From contig JBMFKU010000002.1 of NCBI GenBank assembly GCA_049971805.1, forward strand, positions 63,578 through 127,577: a DNA stretch of 64,000 nt. Direction: 5' to 3'. Position numbers and translations under genes: made by a program. This DNA comes from Caldisphaera sp. (GTDB lineage: Archaea; Thermoproteota; Thermoprotei_A; Sulfolobales; Acidilobaceae). The notes beneath the pieces were generated by a model. The model was not told the origin of the DNA. It searched no databases and was given only the letters and a program-made list of their open reading frames with translations. Shown one piece after another: positions 1 to 10,051 of the stretch; the stretch's first letter is position 1, and each line of letters begins with the position of its first letter.

Positions 1-25
1 AAAAATAATTGAAGAGCTTAATAGA

Positions 26-883
26 ATGAAAGTGAAAAATTTTCTAATTGGAGTAAGAGTTGACCCAAAAGTATTGGAAATGGAGGACAAAATTAGATCG
101 GAGTTTAAACTTGAATATGGAGAATCAATAAAAAATGAAATAAAGAGAGAAATAGGGAAAAAAATTCAATCCTCAAGCCAATTTAAAGTAGATTTTTCTA
201 AACCAGATATAGTAGTGGAAGTCGCTTTTCCAAAATTATCTATAAGAAATCAAATAAGATCTTTAATTGCTTTGGGAACATATAAAAAAATTGTTAGAGG
301 GGAGTCAATAAAAAAAAGCGATGCTGAAAAAAAATTAATTAATATTATAGCTAATAAATTTAACGCAGAAGATATCATATTGTATTCGATCGCAAGAGAT
401 GAAAAAGATACCAGAGTTATAGGTGAAGGAATCCACCTAATAATGGAAATCAAGAGAGCAAAAGAAAGAAATATAGATCTACCTACAACTTTTACCAATA
501 AAGGTCTGATAATTACCATAGAAAGTTTAAATGAAAAATACAAATCATATTTAGATAATAAAGAAAAAATTATGAATAGAATTTATAGATGTCTAATATA
601 TTGTGAAAACGATGTCAGCGAAGACAATATAAATATTATTAATCAAATAAGAAATAAAATGATAGAACAAAATTTTAATGGGAAAAAAAGACTTGGTACA
701 TTAAGAGAAATAAAATGTAATAAAATATCGAACAATTTAATTGAGTGTTTAATTTTAATTGATGAACAAATATATATAAAAGAATTGATAAATGGCAATA
801 AATCTTTATCTAGCATATCTTTTCTATTGAACAATAACTGTTCATGCATAGAAAGCGATTTGCTATCCTCTTCACCTTTTTAA
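26..883 (+). CDS. Pus10-like tRNA pseudouridine synthase, divergent; probably 5'-truncated by the window edge
   Basis: ESIKNEIKREIGK...DFSKPDIVV, G-x-YKKxxRG and YIKELING motifs match Pus10; the frame is open to the window start. Confidence 0.75.
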   Translation: MKVKNFLIGVRVDPKVLEMEDKIRSEFKLEYGESIKNEIKREIGKKIQSSSQFKVDFSKPDIVVEVAFPKLSIRNQIRSLIALGTYKKIVRGESIKKSDAEKKLINIIANKFNAEDIILYSIARDEKDTRVIGEGIHLIMEIKRAKERNIDLPTTFTNKGLIITIESLNEKYKSYLDNKEKIMNRIYRCLIYCENDVSEDNINIINQIRNKMIEQNFNGKKRLGTLREIKCNKISNNLIECLILIDEQIYIKELINGNKSLSSISFLLNNNCSCIESDLLSSSPF

Positions 884-1000
884 ATATCAATACATATTAT
901 AAGTTATAATAAAAATATATAATAATTTAAACTATAAAATTCAAAATTTACAAAACAATAAAAACTTAAATATTATTACAAAGCAAGGGTAGAAATCGAA

Positions 1001-2305
1001 ATGATAATGCCAAAACAATACCTTGGCTTGATCATACTAACAATAATTATAGGAGGATTTATTACAAGAGCAAAGATTCCAAAAATTCCTGCCTGGTCAA
1101 TAATGTCATTTAGTGCATCTTTAAGCATAATTTTTAAGCTAATTCCTATAAATGATATTAATAATATTGTTGATTGGAATGTGATACTTTTCCTAATAGG
1201 TATGTTTAGTCTAGTAAGCATTGCTGAAGCTTCTGGAATATTAGATTCTATTTCAGCAATAATTTCAAGCTATGCAAAGGGAAAGGTACAACTACTTTAT
1301 TTATTTTCATTGTTTTTTGGAGTACTAGCAGCATTTATGGTAAATGATGCTGTAGCAGTTGTAGGTACATCACTATCGGGTATATTAGCTAAGATTGCAG
1401 ATCTACCTCTAGAGCCTGTTGCAATTTTATTAGCATTTTCAATAACAATAGGCTCTACCATGACACCTCTAGGAAATCCACAAAATATGTTGATTGCAAC
1501 ACAAACAGGAATAAAAGCGCCTCTAATAACTTTTTTAGCCTATCTTGCTATACCAACTATAATAAACATATTTTTAACTACTTATATAATAACAAAAGTT
1601 TATAAGATAAAGAATACTGCTAAAAAAGAATTTTATTTAGGGGTACCTCAAGAACTTATAAAAAATAAAAGGGATGCATATATAAGCATAACAGCTATTA
1701 TTATAACAGTATTATTAATATTAGTTAACGATATCTTAGAATTGGAAAAATTACCTCACATAAATGAAATAGGGATAATACCTTTTACAGTAGCAGCTTT
1801 TACTTATATTTTTGTATCGGATGCAAGAAACATAATATCTAAAGTAAACTGGGGTACTATAATATTTTTTATAACAATGTTTATAGCTACTCAAGGTATA
1901 TGGAATTCTGGCATACTTTATTTACCTTTACATGCAATTTTACCAACAGAAATACATGGACCAAGTAACATATTTAGAATTACATTTGCTTCACTAATAT
2001 TTAGCCAACTAATAAGCAATGTACCCTTTACAAATGTATTTATTATTTATCTGCAACAACTAGGTTATAGTGCTGCAAATTCAATAACATGGACAACCTT
2101 AGCAATGAGTACAACCATCGCAGGAAACTTAACAATACTAGGGGCTGCATCAAATGTTATTATATTAGAGATTTTAGAAACTAAGTTTGGTTCAACTATT
2201 TCTTACAGCAAATTTATGAAAATAGGTATTCCAATCACTATCCTTAATACATTAGTCTATTTGGCGTTTATAATTCTTTATTCTTTTATGGGAAAGGTAT
2301 TTTAA
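1001..2305 (+). CDS. ArsB/NhaD (IT superfamily) anion permease
   Basis: Multi-TM; motifs VND, GSTMTPLGNPQN, SNVP, GNLTILGAASN. Confidence 0.85.
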   Translation: MIMPKQYLGLIILTIIIGGFITRAKIPKIPAWSIMSFSASLSIIFKLIPINDINNIVDWNVILFLIGMFSLVSIAEASGILDSISAIISSYAKGKVQLLYLFSLFFGVLAAFMVNDAVAVVGTSLSGILAKIADLPLEPVAILLAFSITIGSTMTPLGNPQNMLIATQTGIKAPLITFLAYLAIPTIINIFLTTYIITKVYKIKNTAKKEFYLGVPQELIKNKRDAYISITAIIITVLLILVNDILELEKLPHINEIGIIPFTVAAFTYIFVSDARNIISKVNWGTIIFFITMFIATQGIWNSGILYLPLHAILPTEIHGPSNIFRITFASLIFSQLISNVPFTNVFIIYLQQLGYSAANSITWTTLAMSTTIAGNLTILGAASNVIILEILETKFGSTISYSKFMKIGIPITILNTLVYLAFIILYSFMGKVF

Positions 2306-2367
2306 ACAAAATTTATTGATTTACAATCTTAGATATAACCTTTGAAGAAAATGTAAAGTTAATTAAA

Positions 2368-3450
2368 TTATAAGTTCCATACTTTTTTCGATGATAATAT
2401 ATAATTAACTATGAAACCAAATATAATTCCTATGAACTGCCCAATTAATGGATAAATTTTTAAGATTTTAGCTAATAGTTCCATAACAAAAAATATAGTT
2501 AATCCGCTGGGTGCTACCATAATATGATATCTAAATAGCCTGTACCTTAATAGTCTATTTCTTCTATCTTTAAAAGTCCATAAATCGTTAAATAAAAAAT
2601 TCGTTAATATGCTACTTTCTATTCCTAAAGCACTTGAATAATCATAAAACAATCCTAATCTCAAAAACAAATACATAACACCTAAGTTAACCACTGTTCC
2701 TGATGCCCCAACGACTGCGAATTTAATTGGCCTTGAATCTCTTATTGTATGTATAAAAAATTGAAATATTTCTTTAGTGCCTAGCTTGCTCTTTCCCTTA
2801 TATCTATTTTTAAACACATATGAAATATCTGAAACCTTTAGGCTTGGGTGAGCATAAAGGATTTCCATCAAAATTTTATATCCAATAGGCTTAACCTTTT
2901 CTATATCAACTGATGATCTTTTAAAAATAAAATAACCTGACATAGGATCTGAAGTTCTATTAGATTCTGGAACCAGCAACTTTGCTAATATAGAAGCTCC
3001 CTTGCTTATCAATTTTCTTGTAAAACTCCATCCTTCTATGCCTCCACCTTTCTTATACCTAGATGCCACAACAACATCATCGTTGTTTTTTAAAGCCTGC
3101 TCTAACAGCAATGGTATTAATTCCGGTGGGTGCTGAAAGTCGGCATCCATAACTATAATATAATCACCTTTTGAAATTTTTATGCCATCTATTATCGCTG
3201 ATGATAAACCCCTTTTTTCTTTTCTTAACAGCAGTTTAATGTTGTTATTTTTTCTGGAAATTTCTTCCACTAGTTTATATGTTCCGTCTGGACTATTATC
3301 ATCAACCACTATGATTTCATAACTGTAGCAATCTGATTTTTTCATTATTTCATCGATTCTATTTATTAAAGGTATTATGTTACCAGATTCGTTATATGTT
3401 GGCAATACTATCGAAATCTTTGGCTTTTTATTTATTTGACTTTTTTGCAT
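2368..3450 (-). CDS. Dolichol-phosphate mannosyltransferase-like GT2 with C-terminal GtrA domain
   Basis: PTYNE, VDDNSPDGT, MDADFQHPP, SDPMSG; KFAVVGASGTVVN GtrA tail. Confidence 0.9.
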   Translation of the reverse strand: MQKSQINKKPKISIVLPTYNESGNIIPLINRIDEIMKKSDCYSYEIIVVDDNSPDGTYKLVEEISRKNNNIKLLLRKEKRGLSSAIIDGIKISKGDYIIVMDADFQHPPELIPLLLEQALKNNDDVVVASRYKKGGGIEGWSFTRKLISKGASILAKLLVPESNRTSDPMSGYFIFKRSSVDIEKVKPIGYKILMEILYAHPSLKVSDISYVFKNRYKGKSKLGTKEIFQFFIHTIRDSRPIKFAVVGASGTVVNLGVMYLFLRLGLFYDYSSALGIESSILTNFLFNDLWTFKDRRNRLLRYRLFRYHIMVAPSGLTIFFVMELLAKILKIYPLIGQFIGIIFGFIVNYILSSKKVWNL

Positions 3451-3571
3451 TATCTCTAACCCTCAATAATTAAATTAGAAATTAATATTATATTTTTGCT
3501 TTTAGCCATTATAGCATCTAGTTCATTTTTACCTATACTAATGCTAATATCTTCTAGATATAATCTAAAAA

Positions 3572-4339
3572 ATGCGAGGAAAAATGTCACTGAGCCTAGA
3601 AAAACTGAAAATACTAAATAGATTACCAGTGCTAGTTCATGAAAAAAGTAATTCGGCAATAATTAGCGATATCCATCTTGGATATGAAGATGCTATGGCT
3701 AGTCAAGGAATATATTTACCTAGGTTGCAGTTAAAGAGAGCAAAAAATATTATTAATGAAATTTTAAGTCAGGGTTTTACCAAAATAGTAATAGCAGGCG
3801 ACTTAAAGCATGTTTTTGAAAAACTTACAAGGCAGGAAAGGGCAGAGATCTTAGAGCTTATTAGTTCATCGGTAAGAAATAAGGCAAAAGAAATAATTTT
3901 AGTTAAAGGAAATCATGATACATTTATAGGAAACTTACTAAAAGACATAGGAATAGATGTTATAGATGATTATTTAGATTTAGGAGATGGAATATATATA
4001 ACTCATGGCCATAAACTAATCGATGAAATAAAAAATTCCCAATTTGTTATAATGGGACATGAACATCCAAGCATAGAAATAAGCTTATCGGGAAGTAAAG
4101 TAAGACTACAATCATTATTAAAAATGCCATTAAAAGGGGGTTCAACAGCTCTGATATTGCCAGCTATTGGATTGTATCAAACTGGAACTGTTCTAAATTT
4201 AGATAAGTCTTCTTATTTATCGCCAATCAGTAGAGATTTAGGTATAATTGAAGAATCAATACCAATAATCATTGATAAAGAAATAGGTTTAATTGAGCTT
4301 CCACAATTAGGCTTGCTTTTTAATGCAAAAAATAAATAA
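3572..4339 (+). CDS. Calcineurin-like metallophosphoesterase
   Basis: DIHLG, GDLKH, GNHD, HGH, GHEHP motifs. Confidence 0.85.
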   Translation: MRGKMSLSLEKLKILNRLPVLVHEKSNSAIISDIHLGYEDAMASQGIYLPRLQLKRAKNIINEILSQGFTKIVIAGDLKHVFEKLTRQERAEILELISSSVRNKAKEIILVKGNHDTFIGNLLKDIGIDVIDDYLDLGDGIYITHGHKLIDEIKNSQFVIMGHEHPSIEISLSGSKVRLQSLLKMPLKGGSTALILPAIGLYQTGTVLNLDKSSYLSPISRDLGIIEESIPIIIDKEIGLIELPQLGLLFNAKNK

Positions 4340-4340
4340 T

Positions 4341-4976
4341 TTAAGATTCTTCTTTTATACAAGAATTATTCTTTAAAATATCGTAGATGCCAAACACTGC
4401 ATCATCTACTTCGCTCTCTCTCTTTGCTCCAGTTATAACCATTTTTCCACTACTGAATATCAATAAAACAACTCTTGGTTTTTCCATTCTATATATTAAA
4501 CCTGGGAATTGCTCTGGTTCATACATACTTTTAGGTAGAGTAAAAGCTGCCTTTTCTAAATCAACTACTACGTTTAAATTTGCAGATGCTACTATGTTTT
4601 GTATTTGAATTTGAGGCTTCCCCTGCATAGGAACTCCTTTAACCATAAGCTTTTTGAGTATTGTCTTAACAGCCCAAACTAATTGTTTAACGCTTTTAGC
4701 TCCAGTAACAACCATTTTTCCCGATTTAAATATAAGAGCTGTAATCTTAGGGCTTTGCAATCTATAAACTAAACCTGGGAATTGATCTGGATTATAATCT
4801 ACATCTGGTATTCTAGTTTCAATTAAGTTCAAATCCAATGGAGTATCTAATATTACAGTTGCCACTATATTTTCTATTTTAACAGTTGGTTTATTACCTT
4901 CTTCCATTTTTGGTAATTTAGCTTCCTCTTCAGAGAAACTTTCATTTTCTTCGTCTTTTCTTTCCAAAATCATCAC
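4341..4976 (-). CDS. tbp: TATA-box binding protein
   Basis: Two repeats NIVA...YxPxQFPGLxYR...LIFxSGKMVxTGAK. Confidence 0.98.
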   Translation of the reverse strand: MMILERKDEENESFSEEEAKLPKMEEGNKPTVKIENIVATVILDTPLDLNLIETRIPDVDYNPDQFPGLVYRLQSPKITALIFKSGKMVVTGAKSVKQLVWAVKTILKKLMVKGVPMQGKPQIQIQNIVASANLNVVVDLEKAAFTLPKSMYEPEQFPGLIYRMEKPRVVLLIFSSGKMVITGAKRESEVDDAVFGIYDILKNNSCIKEES

Positions 4977-5013
4977 CTGCTTTTAAACTCACTTATTTAA
5001 ATCAATTTAGAAA

Positions 5014-5028
5014 TATATAAACCTTTTT
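5014..5028 (-). promoter_or_regulatory. Putative BRE/TATA promoter of tbp
   Basis: Minus strand AAAAAGG-TTTATATA about 40 nt upstream of the start. Confidence 0.5.
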
Positions 5029-5145
5029 AAACCATTTTTAAACTAAAGAGAGCGAAAACTATTTAATAAAATTTTAAATGTATCAAGATGTAAGTGCTAT
5101 GCTTATGAATAAGATTTCAATATTTTTATTGATTGTTTTTAAGAA

Positions 5146-5218
5146 CGCCGGGGGAGGGACTCGAACCCTCGACCGCCCGGTTAACAGCCGGGCGCTCTAC
5201 CAGCTGAGCTACCCCGGC
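5146..5218 (-). tRNA. tRNA-Asn(GTT)
   Basis: GCCGGGG acceptor, anticodon arm CCCGG-CTGTTAA-CCGGG, T-loop GGTTCGAGTCC. Confidence 0.97.
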
Positions 5219-5305
5219 AGAGCCAGAAGAATTTATAAGATATTTGGGTTTAAAGCATTTACTAATTGTTACCTAAAGAATAAATTTAAAAAGAGCATAA
5301 ATACA

Positions 5306-5515
5306 TTAACTTAAAATCTTTTCTACCTTACCTAATATTTCTGCCCTTCCACCCGTAGATTTAATTAATAACGTTCCGCATGATAAACATCTAGCTGGAA
5401 ATGTAGCATGACTGAAAATAACTTGCTTATGACCACAATTCGGGCATTCAACTATTAAAAATCGGCTCCTTGGCTGTGGTACCAATATCTTTCTTCTCTT
5501 ATTATTCGCTGGCAT
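5306..5515 (-). CDS. rps27e: 30S ribosomal protein S27e
   Basis: PQPRSRFLxVxCPxC...VIFSHA...CxxCG...TGG. Confidence 0.97.
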   Translation of the reverse strand: MPANNKRRKILVPQPRSRFLIVECPNCGHKQVIFSHATFPARCLSCGTLLIKSTGGRAEILGKVEKILS

Positions 5516-5521
5516 AAACTA

Positions 5522-5809
5522 TCACCTTGATGGTTCTACTAATTCTATTTTCTTCAATCTAATGCCTAATATTGTTCTCTTATATCCACATTTACTGCAC
5601 GTTAAAAGCAAAGTAACCTTTTTTGTTGTCTTTGCAAACCTTTTTTGTTCTGGTTTTCTTTTACTCCCATAACCTTTATTTTTTCTAATATATCTTCTCT
5701 GTCCTTCTGATAGGGTTCTTCTTTTACCAGATTTATATATAGATACAGTATGTTCTGTATGTTCATTACACCTTGGGCAATATGCTCTAATTTTCTTTGG
5801 AAACTTCAA
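5522..5809 (-). CDS. rpl44e: 50S ribosomal protein L44e
   Basis: [11 protein letters not shown]...KGYGSKRKP...KTTKK...CSKCG. Confidence 0.97.
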   Translation of the reverse strand: MKFPKKIRAYCPRCNEHTEHTVSIYKSGKRRTLSEGQRRYIRKNKGYGSKRKPEQKRFAKTTKKVTLLLTCSKCGYKRTILGIRLKKIELVEPSR

Positions 5810-5905
5810 TTCTTCTCACTCTCACTATCCTATATTGGCATATAGGAAACTCCTTATTAACTTTTATTCTTCTTTGAAATGATCTATTTTAAGATAACAA
5901 GGTTT

Positions 5906-6382
5906 TCATCTTTTTGCAATCATATGGCTTGACAAACTCTTTATTAAGCTCACATTCCCTAAAGCTGATAATAGTATTGCCTCCTCTAATAAAACTAAAG
6001 TCATTTCACCTCTCTCTATAAACTTATTGTTTAATAAAATAAGATCTTTATTGGCTTTAACCAATACATACTCACCAAAAGATATAATTTCTCCAGAAAG
6101 GTAAGATGCATAATCAGACTTAATTTTATTTAATTTTGCAAAGAATTCTCTGTCAATTCCTTTATAATCCTCATAATTAATATCCTCTATCCTCATTTCA
6201 GCTATATAATTAGATAACTCATAAATAATTTCATAAAATTTTTCGCACAATTTATTATCATTAGAACAATATAGACCCCATAGCCTTCTTGAATCCCTTA
6301 TGCTATCTGCATTAACTTGCTCATGAAGTCCAATTGCAGCCCTGAATGGGCCACCAACCGGTATTCTTTCTGACAACCACAT
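5906..6382 (-). CDS. Probable divergent GINS subunit (Gins15/51-like)
   Basis: Lies between priS and rpl44e, the conserved slot of gins15; C-terminal beta-rich B-domain-like segment. The call rests mostly on synteny. Confidence 0.55.
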   Translation of the reverse strand: MWLSERIPVGGPFRAAIGLHEQVNADSIRDSRRLWGLYCSNDNKLCEKFYEIIYELSNYIAEMRIEDINYEDYKGIDREFFAKLNKIKSDYASYLSGEIISFGEYVLVKANKDLILLNNKFIERGEMTLVLLEEAILLSALGNVSLIKSLSSHMIAKR

Positions 6383-7397
6383 CTCCTCCTATAACATTAA
6401 TATACTTTTTTGTAAATAAAAATATAGCTAATTGTGCTGGCAAGTTTAAATCTTCTTTTTCTTTAAATGATACCTTCTGACCCAAAATTTTCATTTCATT
6501 CAATTCTTTTTCTGCCTTTACATCCAAATTTCCTGAAAATGGAGATAACCATTTGCCCATCTTAAATTCTCCACATATAGGAACTACCAACAAAGAAGCC
6601 TTTCCGTTTAATGTACCTGGAATTCTGGTTAATCTACTTGGATCCTGAGTAACCATAATATCAATATCAACCTTTATTGATTTCACTATATTAATTATAT
6701 CTTCTCCATCAAATTCATCTTTTAATCCGTTTCTTGCTATTAAGCCTCTCCAGCCTGGATCATCTTTGTTAGGCTTTGCTGCTTTCCCAGCTTTACTTGA
6801 TTTTGGAAAAATTAAATCTAAATCAATGCCCTGAGCAGCAATAAAGTTTGCTATTTCGATTCTTTCGTCCTTGCCTAGTTGTTTGCAATAATCACAAAAA
6901 CCTCTAACATGGTATCCTCTATTTCCTGTAAAATATATTTGAGTATAACCACCTAAGAAGTTATCGACTATAAGAGATATAGTGTTTACATACTTTATTC
7001 CATTTTCAATACATTCGTCATCTGCTATATCCTCTACAATTTTGCAATCCTTCATATGATCGAGATCTAAATCAAATAACAGGTCTGAGCCTCTCCAGCC
7101 TTTCTCTTCCATAGTAGATGCTTCCGGTAAATCATAAACTGCTATAGAATAATAGACCTGCTTAGGTACATTTTTTGTTAAATATTCTAAAAATTTTCTT
7201 TCATTATCGAAGGAGATGTGTCTAACATAGCTTGTGGATTCAAACAACTGAAATGCAAATTCTCTATTTTTAATATCCTTTGGTAGTATAAGAGGAGGAT
7301 TTAGGCTATAGTATTCTTTATAAAGGTATTTTAATGATTCATTACCCCATTTTTTTAATTTAATCTCTTTAGCTTCATTCAATTCTTGGTGAGACAT
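6321..7397 (-). CDS. priS: DNA primase catalytic small subunit
   Basis: REFAF, YYSIAVY, DLLFDLD, TGNRGYH, DIMVTQDPSRLTRIPGTLNGK. Confidence 0.95.
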   Translation of the reverse strand: MSHQELNEAKEIKLKKWGNESLKYLYKEYYSLNPPLILPKDIKNREFAFQLFESTSYVRHISFDNERKFLEYLTKNVPKQVYYSIAVYDLPEASTMEEKGWRGSDLLFDLDLDHMKDCKIVEDIADDECIENGIKYVNTISLIVDNFLGGYTQIYFTGNRGYHVRGFCDYCKQLGKDERIEIANFIAAQGIDLDLIFPKSSKAGKAAKPNKDDPGWRGLIARNGLKDEFDGEDIINIVKSIKVDIDIMVTQDPSRLTRIPGTLNGKASLLVVPICGEFKMGKWLSPFSGNLDVKAEKELNEMKILGQKVSFKEKEDLNLPAQLAIFLFTKKYINVIGGDVVVRKNTGWWPIQGCNWTS

Positions 7398-8121
7398 ACG
7401 TTGTCAGCCTACCACCGCTTTGATATTCCATATCAATCCTAATGGGCGCATCTTGAGAATATTGTAAGGAAATTAGATCTGCCTCTTTGGCTGCAAGTAA
7501 AATATCTGAAAAATATTCTACACTATATGTCGATGAATCGGGAGAATCTATTACTAGCTCTATTAAATTCTGCTTTTCCATGGACAGCTCTATCTCTGCA
7601 CTTTCTATATCTCCCTTACCAGTAATAATTAACTTATTTTCCTCTTCATTTGCAGTTATTGTTAAAGAATCTGCTATCGATTCTATATCGCTAACAAAGT
7701 CAATAAAAACATTATTAGATAGCTTAGCCTTAACATTAAAGGTTATTTTTGGTTCTGGTAATTTTTCTTGGCTTAAGCTTATTAACGGTATCTTAAAAAT
7801 TCTTTCTCCTCTACCAACATATCTAAGCATTAATGAATTTTCATCAGATATCAATTCAAGTTCATCATTTTTTTCTGCCCTTTTCAATACATCGCTTAAT
7901 ACTGAAAATGATATACCTAAATTTTCTTCTTCTCCATTAATGCTGAATTCATCAAATGCGGATTTGGGATAATAGAAATCAATCATAATAACTCTTGACG
8001 TATCTAACGCCCTTAGTGACAATCCATTATTATTTATATTAAACACTCCTTCATCTATTATCTTTTCAATAGAACCCATTATGTATCTCCAAACTTTTGG
8101 CTCTTTAAATCTTAACTTCAT
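7375..8121 (-). CDS. pcn: PCNA sliding clamp
   Basis: LRALDTSRVIMID..., YSVEYF, C-terminal YVSPRIE; 248 aa. Confidence 0.95.
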   Translation of the reverse strand: MKLRFKEPKVWRYIMGSIEKIIDEGVFNINNNGLSLRALDTSRVIMIDFYYPKSAFDEFSINGEEENLGISFSVLSDVLKRAEKNDELELISDENSLMLRYVGRGERIFKIPLISLSQEKLPEPKITFNVKAKLSNNVFIDFVSDIESIADSLTITANEEENKLIITGKGDIESAEIELSMEKQNLIELVIDSPDSSTYSVEYFSDILLAAKEADLISLQYSQDAPIRIDMEYQSGGRLTTYVSPRIE

Positions 8122-8190
8122 GATCTTTCACCAAATATAAATTATACAATCCTCTAATTTAGATTTTATATTTTAAACTAAAAAACTTAA

Positions 8191-8382
8191 TTACTCTTTT
8201 CCAATTACATGTTTAAAACTCTTAACTTCATATTTTATCATATATCTATAAGCAACAAACCTGTCTTGAGGACTAAACTTTGGAGGATGTGGTACTTTTA
8301 CCATACCCCCGCAATAAGGACATCTCTCTTGGTTTAATGTATATTTGCCACAAACAGTGCACTTTCTGAGCAACCATCTCAT
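8191..8382 (-). CDS. nop10: H/ACA RNP protein Nop10
   Basis: RKCxxCGxYTL...CPxCGG...PHPPKFSPxD. Confidence 0.95.
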   Translation of the reverse strand: MRWLLRKCTVCGKYTLNQERCPYCGGMVKVPHPPKFSPQDRFVAYRYMIKYEVKSFKHVIGKE

Positions 8383-8385
8383 TAT

Positions 8386-9189
8386 TTATCCCTTTAGTCT
8401 TTCTAATGAATATTCTAGCTTTAAATCTTTAGCCAACTTCTCCGCTTTACTGCCTATTTTCCCCATAATGTTTTCTAAGGTTTTGTAATCAGGACCTATC
8501 AAATCTATCCTGTATTTAGGAGCTCCTATTGTATAAATCTTAGCATCTATGCCATTAAACTTCTTCACTTCTTCCTTTATGCTAATTAAGGTTTTCTTTA
8601 TTTTCTCTATCCCATCAGGATTATTTGACCTAAGGGTTATCACACCGCTTATTTCTACATGCTTAACTTCAATGTATTTTTTAGCTAAATCTGTTAAAAC
8701 GCTTATCCATTCATCAGATATCTTTGCCTTTTTTAATAAATCTATCGAATCTGAGGCAGCAGCTTCGAGACCTGTCATAGAATCGCCAAAATAATCTTCT
8801 AATTTCCAAATAACCTCTTTATATGCATCGTCTTCAGTCTTATTAAGTTGTTTGGCAGCCATTAAAATTAAGTTGACTGCTTTTAGTGTCCTTTTCCAAT
8901 ACATCATTTTTCTTTTTCTTTCATTATCGCTAACTCTCTTTAAACTTACATCTACTTGACCTTTATTCCTATATACTCTTATTACCTTCACGGCAAGCTT
9001 TTGATTTTCTTTTATTACATTGTTTATATTTTTTACTGCCCTACTTGCTACTTCACTCCAAGGCAAAAAAGCTCTCAAATTATTATATTCATCTATAATC
9101 ATATATGCACCAAAATCATGAACTTCTTTTATTGTTCCGACAACTATCTCTCCTGTATCTGGTAATTCCTTTCTATTTTTTAGAGCCAA
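8386..9189 (-). CDS. eif2a: Translation initiation factor aIF2 alpha
   Basis: S1 domain GAY...EY...LPWSEV, KGQVDVSLKRV, YTIGAPKYRI. Confidence 0.96.
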   Translation of the reverse strand: MALKNRKELPDTGEIVVGTIKEVHDFGAYMIIDEYNNLRAFLPWSEVASRAVKNINNVIKENQKLAVKVIRVYRNKGQVDVSLKRVSDNERKRKMMYWKRTLKAVNLILMAAKQLNKTEDDAYKEVIWKLEDYFGDSMTGLEAAASDSIDLLKKAKISDEWISVLTDLAKKYIEVKHVEISGVITLRSNNPDGIEKIKKTLISIKEEVKKFNGIDAKIYTIGAPKYRIDLIGPDYKTLENIMGKIGSKAEKLAKDLKLEYSLERLKG

Positions 9190-9307
9190 TCTAATCCCCC
9201 AGTTTATGTTAAATAAGGAGGCTAATGAATTTTTATTTTGCTTACAATCTTTATTTTAAATAAAGATTAAAAGCTTTATCTATTTAAAGAATAATAAGGG
9301 GTTTAAA

Positions 9308-9676
9308 TTGAAGAGCAACTACATAAGCATTGAAAATAATAAAGTCATAGTTTATGGAATAGGAAGGCCAAAGGATTTGTATTTGCCAGGTGAAATTATG
9401 GACTGGATAGGTAAAAGCAAAAATATAAATAGAATAATATCCTTACTTTTCACCCATAGTAAATTCAAGACAAGACTATCGAATCCTAATGCTATTAGAA
9501 GTCTAATGCTATATCTTTTTGCTAGAAAATATAATATTGCACCATATTTAATTGCTAGAAAATATAATATTGCACCCGAACAACTTTACAGGATAGAAAG
9601 GGGATTAAAGAAGGATAAATTATATAATGATGTAATAATACTATTAGATTTGGATGAAAATTTCATTAGCTCCTAA
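9308..9676 (+). CDS. Hypothetical protein with C-terminal HTH-like segment
   Basis: ORF with TTG start; IARKYNIAPEQLYRIERGLK resembles an HTH. Confidence 0.6.
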   Translation: MKSNYISIENNKVIVYGIGRPKDLYLPGEIMDWIGKSKNINRIISLLFTHSKFKTRLSNPNAIRSLMLYLFARKYNIAPYLIARKYNIAPEQLYRIERGLKKDKLYNDVIILLDLDENFISS

Positions 9677-9766
9677 TAAAAATAGAAAACATCTAAGCAA
9701 TGAAGGCCAGAAATAATTTTGATATATTTAAATATAAAAACCGCCGGATAGATAATTAAACTAGGG

Positions 9767-10051
9767 ATGAAAATTTCCATAGCTATAGTTATTGATGAAA
9801 ATGATAACGTAGCTACGCTCTTAAATGATGTAAAAAATGGAGATATAATAATTCTTCATGGCGCACAAAAAGGTGAATTAAAAGCTGAGGATGACATACC
9901 AAAAGGACATAAAATAGCAATTTTTGACATACCAAAAGGTGGATATGTAATTAAATATGGCGAAGTTATAGGAATTGCTACAGCACAAATAAAGAAAGGC
10001 CAACATGTGCATGTGCATAACTTAGATAGCTTAAGGGGGAAAGTGTTATGA
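9767..10051 (+). CDS. UxaA/GarD/SuyA-family dehydratase small (SAF) subunit
   Basis: DNVAT...IPKGHKIA...VIKYGEVIG...GQHVHVHNL. Confidence 0.9.
   Translation: MKISIAIVIDENDNVATLLNDVKNGDIIILHGAQKGELKAEDDIPKGHKIAIFDIPKGGYVIKYGEVIGIATAQIKKGQHVHVHNLDSLRGKVL

Noticed and set aside
5078-5314. ORFs overlapping tRNAs (also 13303-13509)
   Set aside because: Artefacts of GC-rich tRNA sequence
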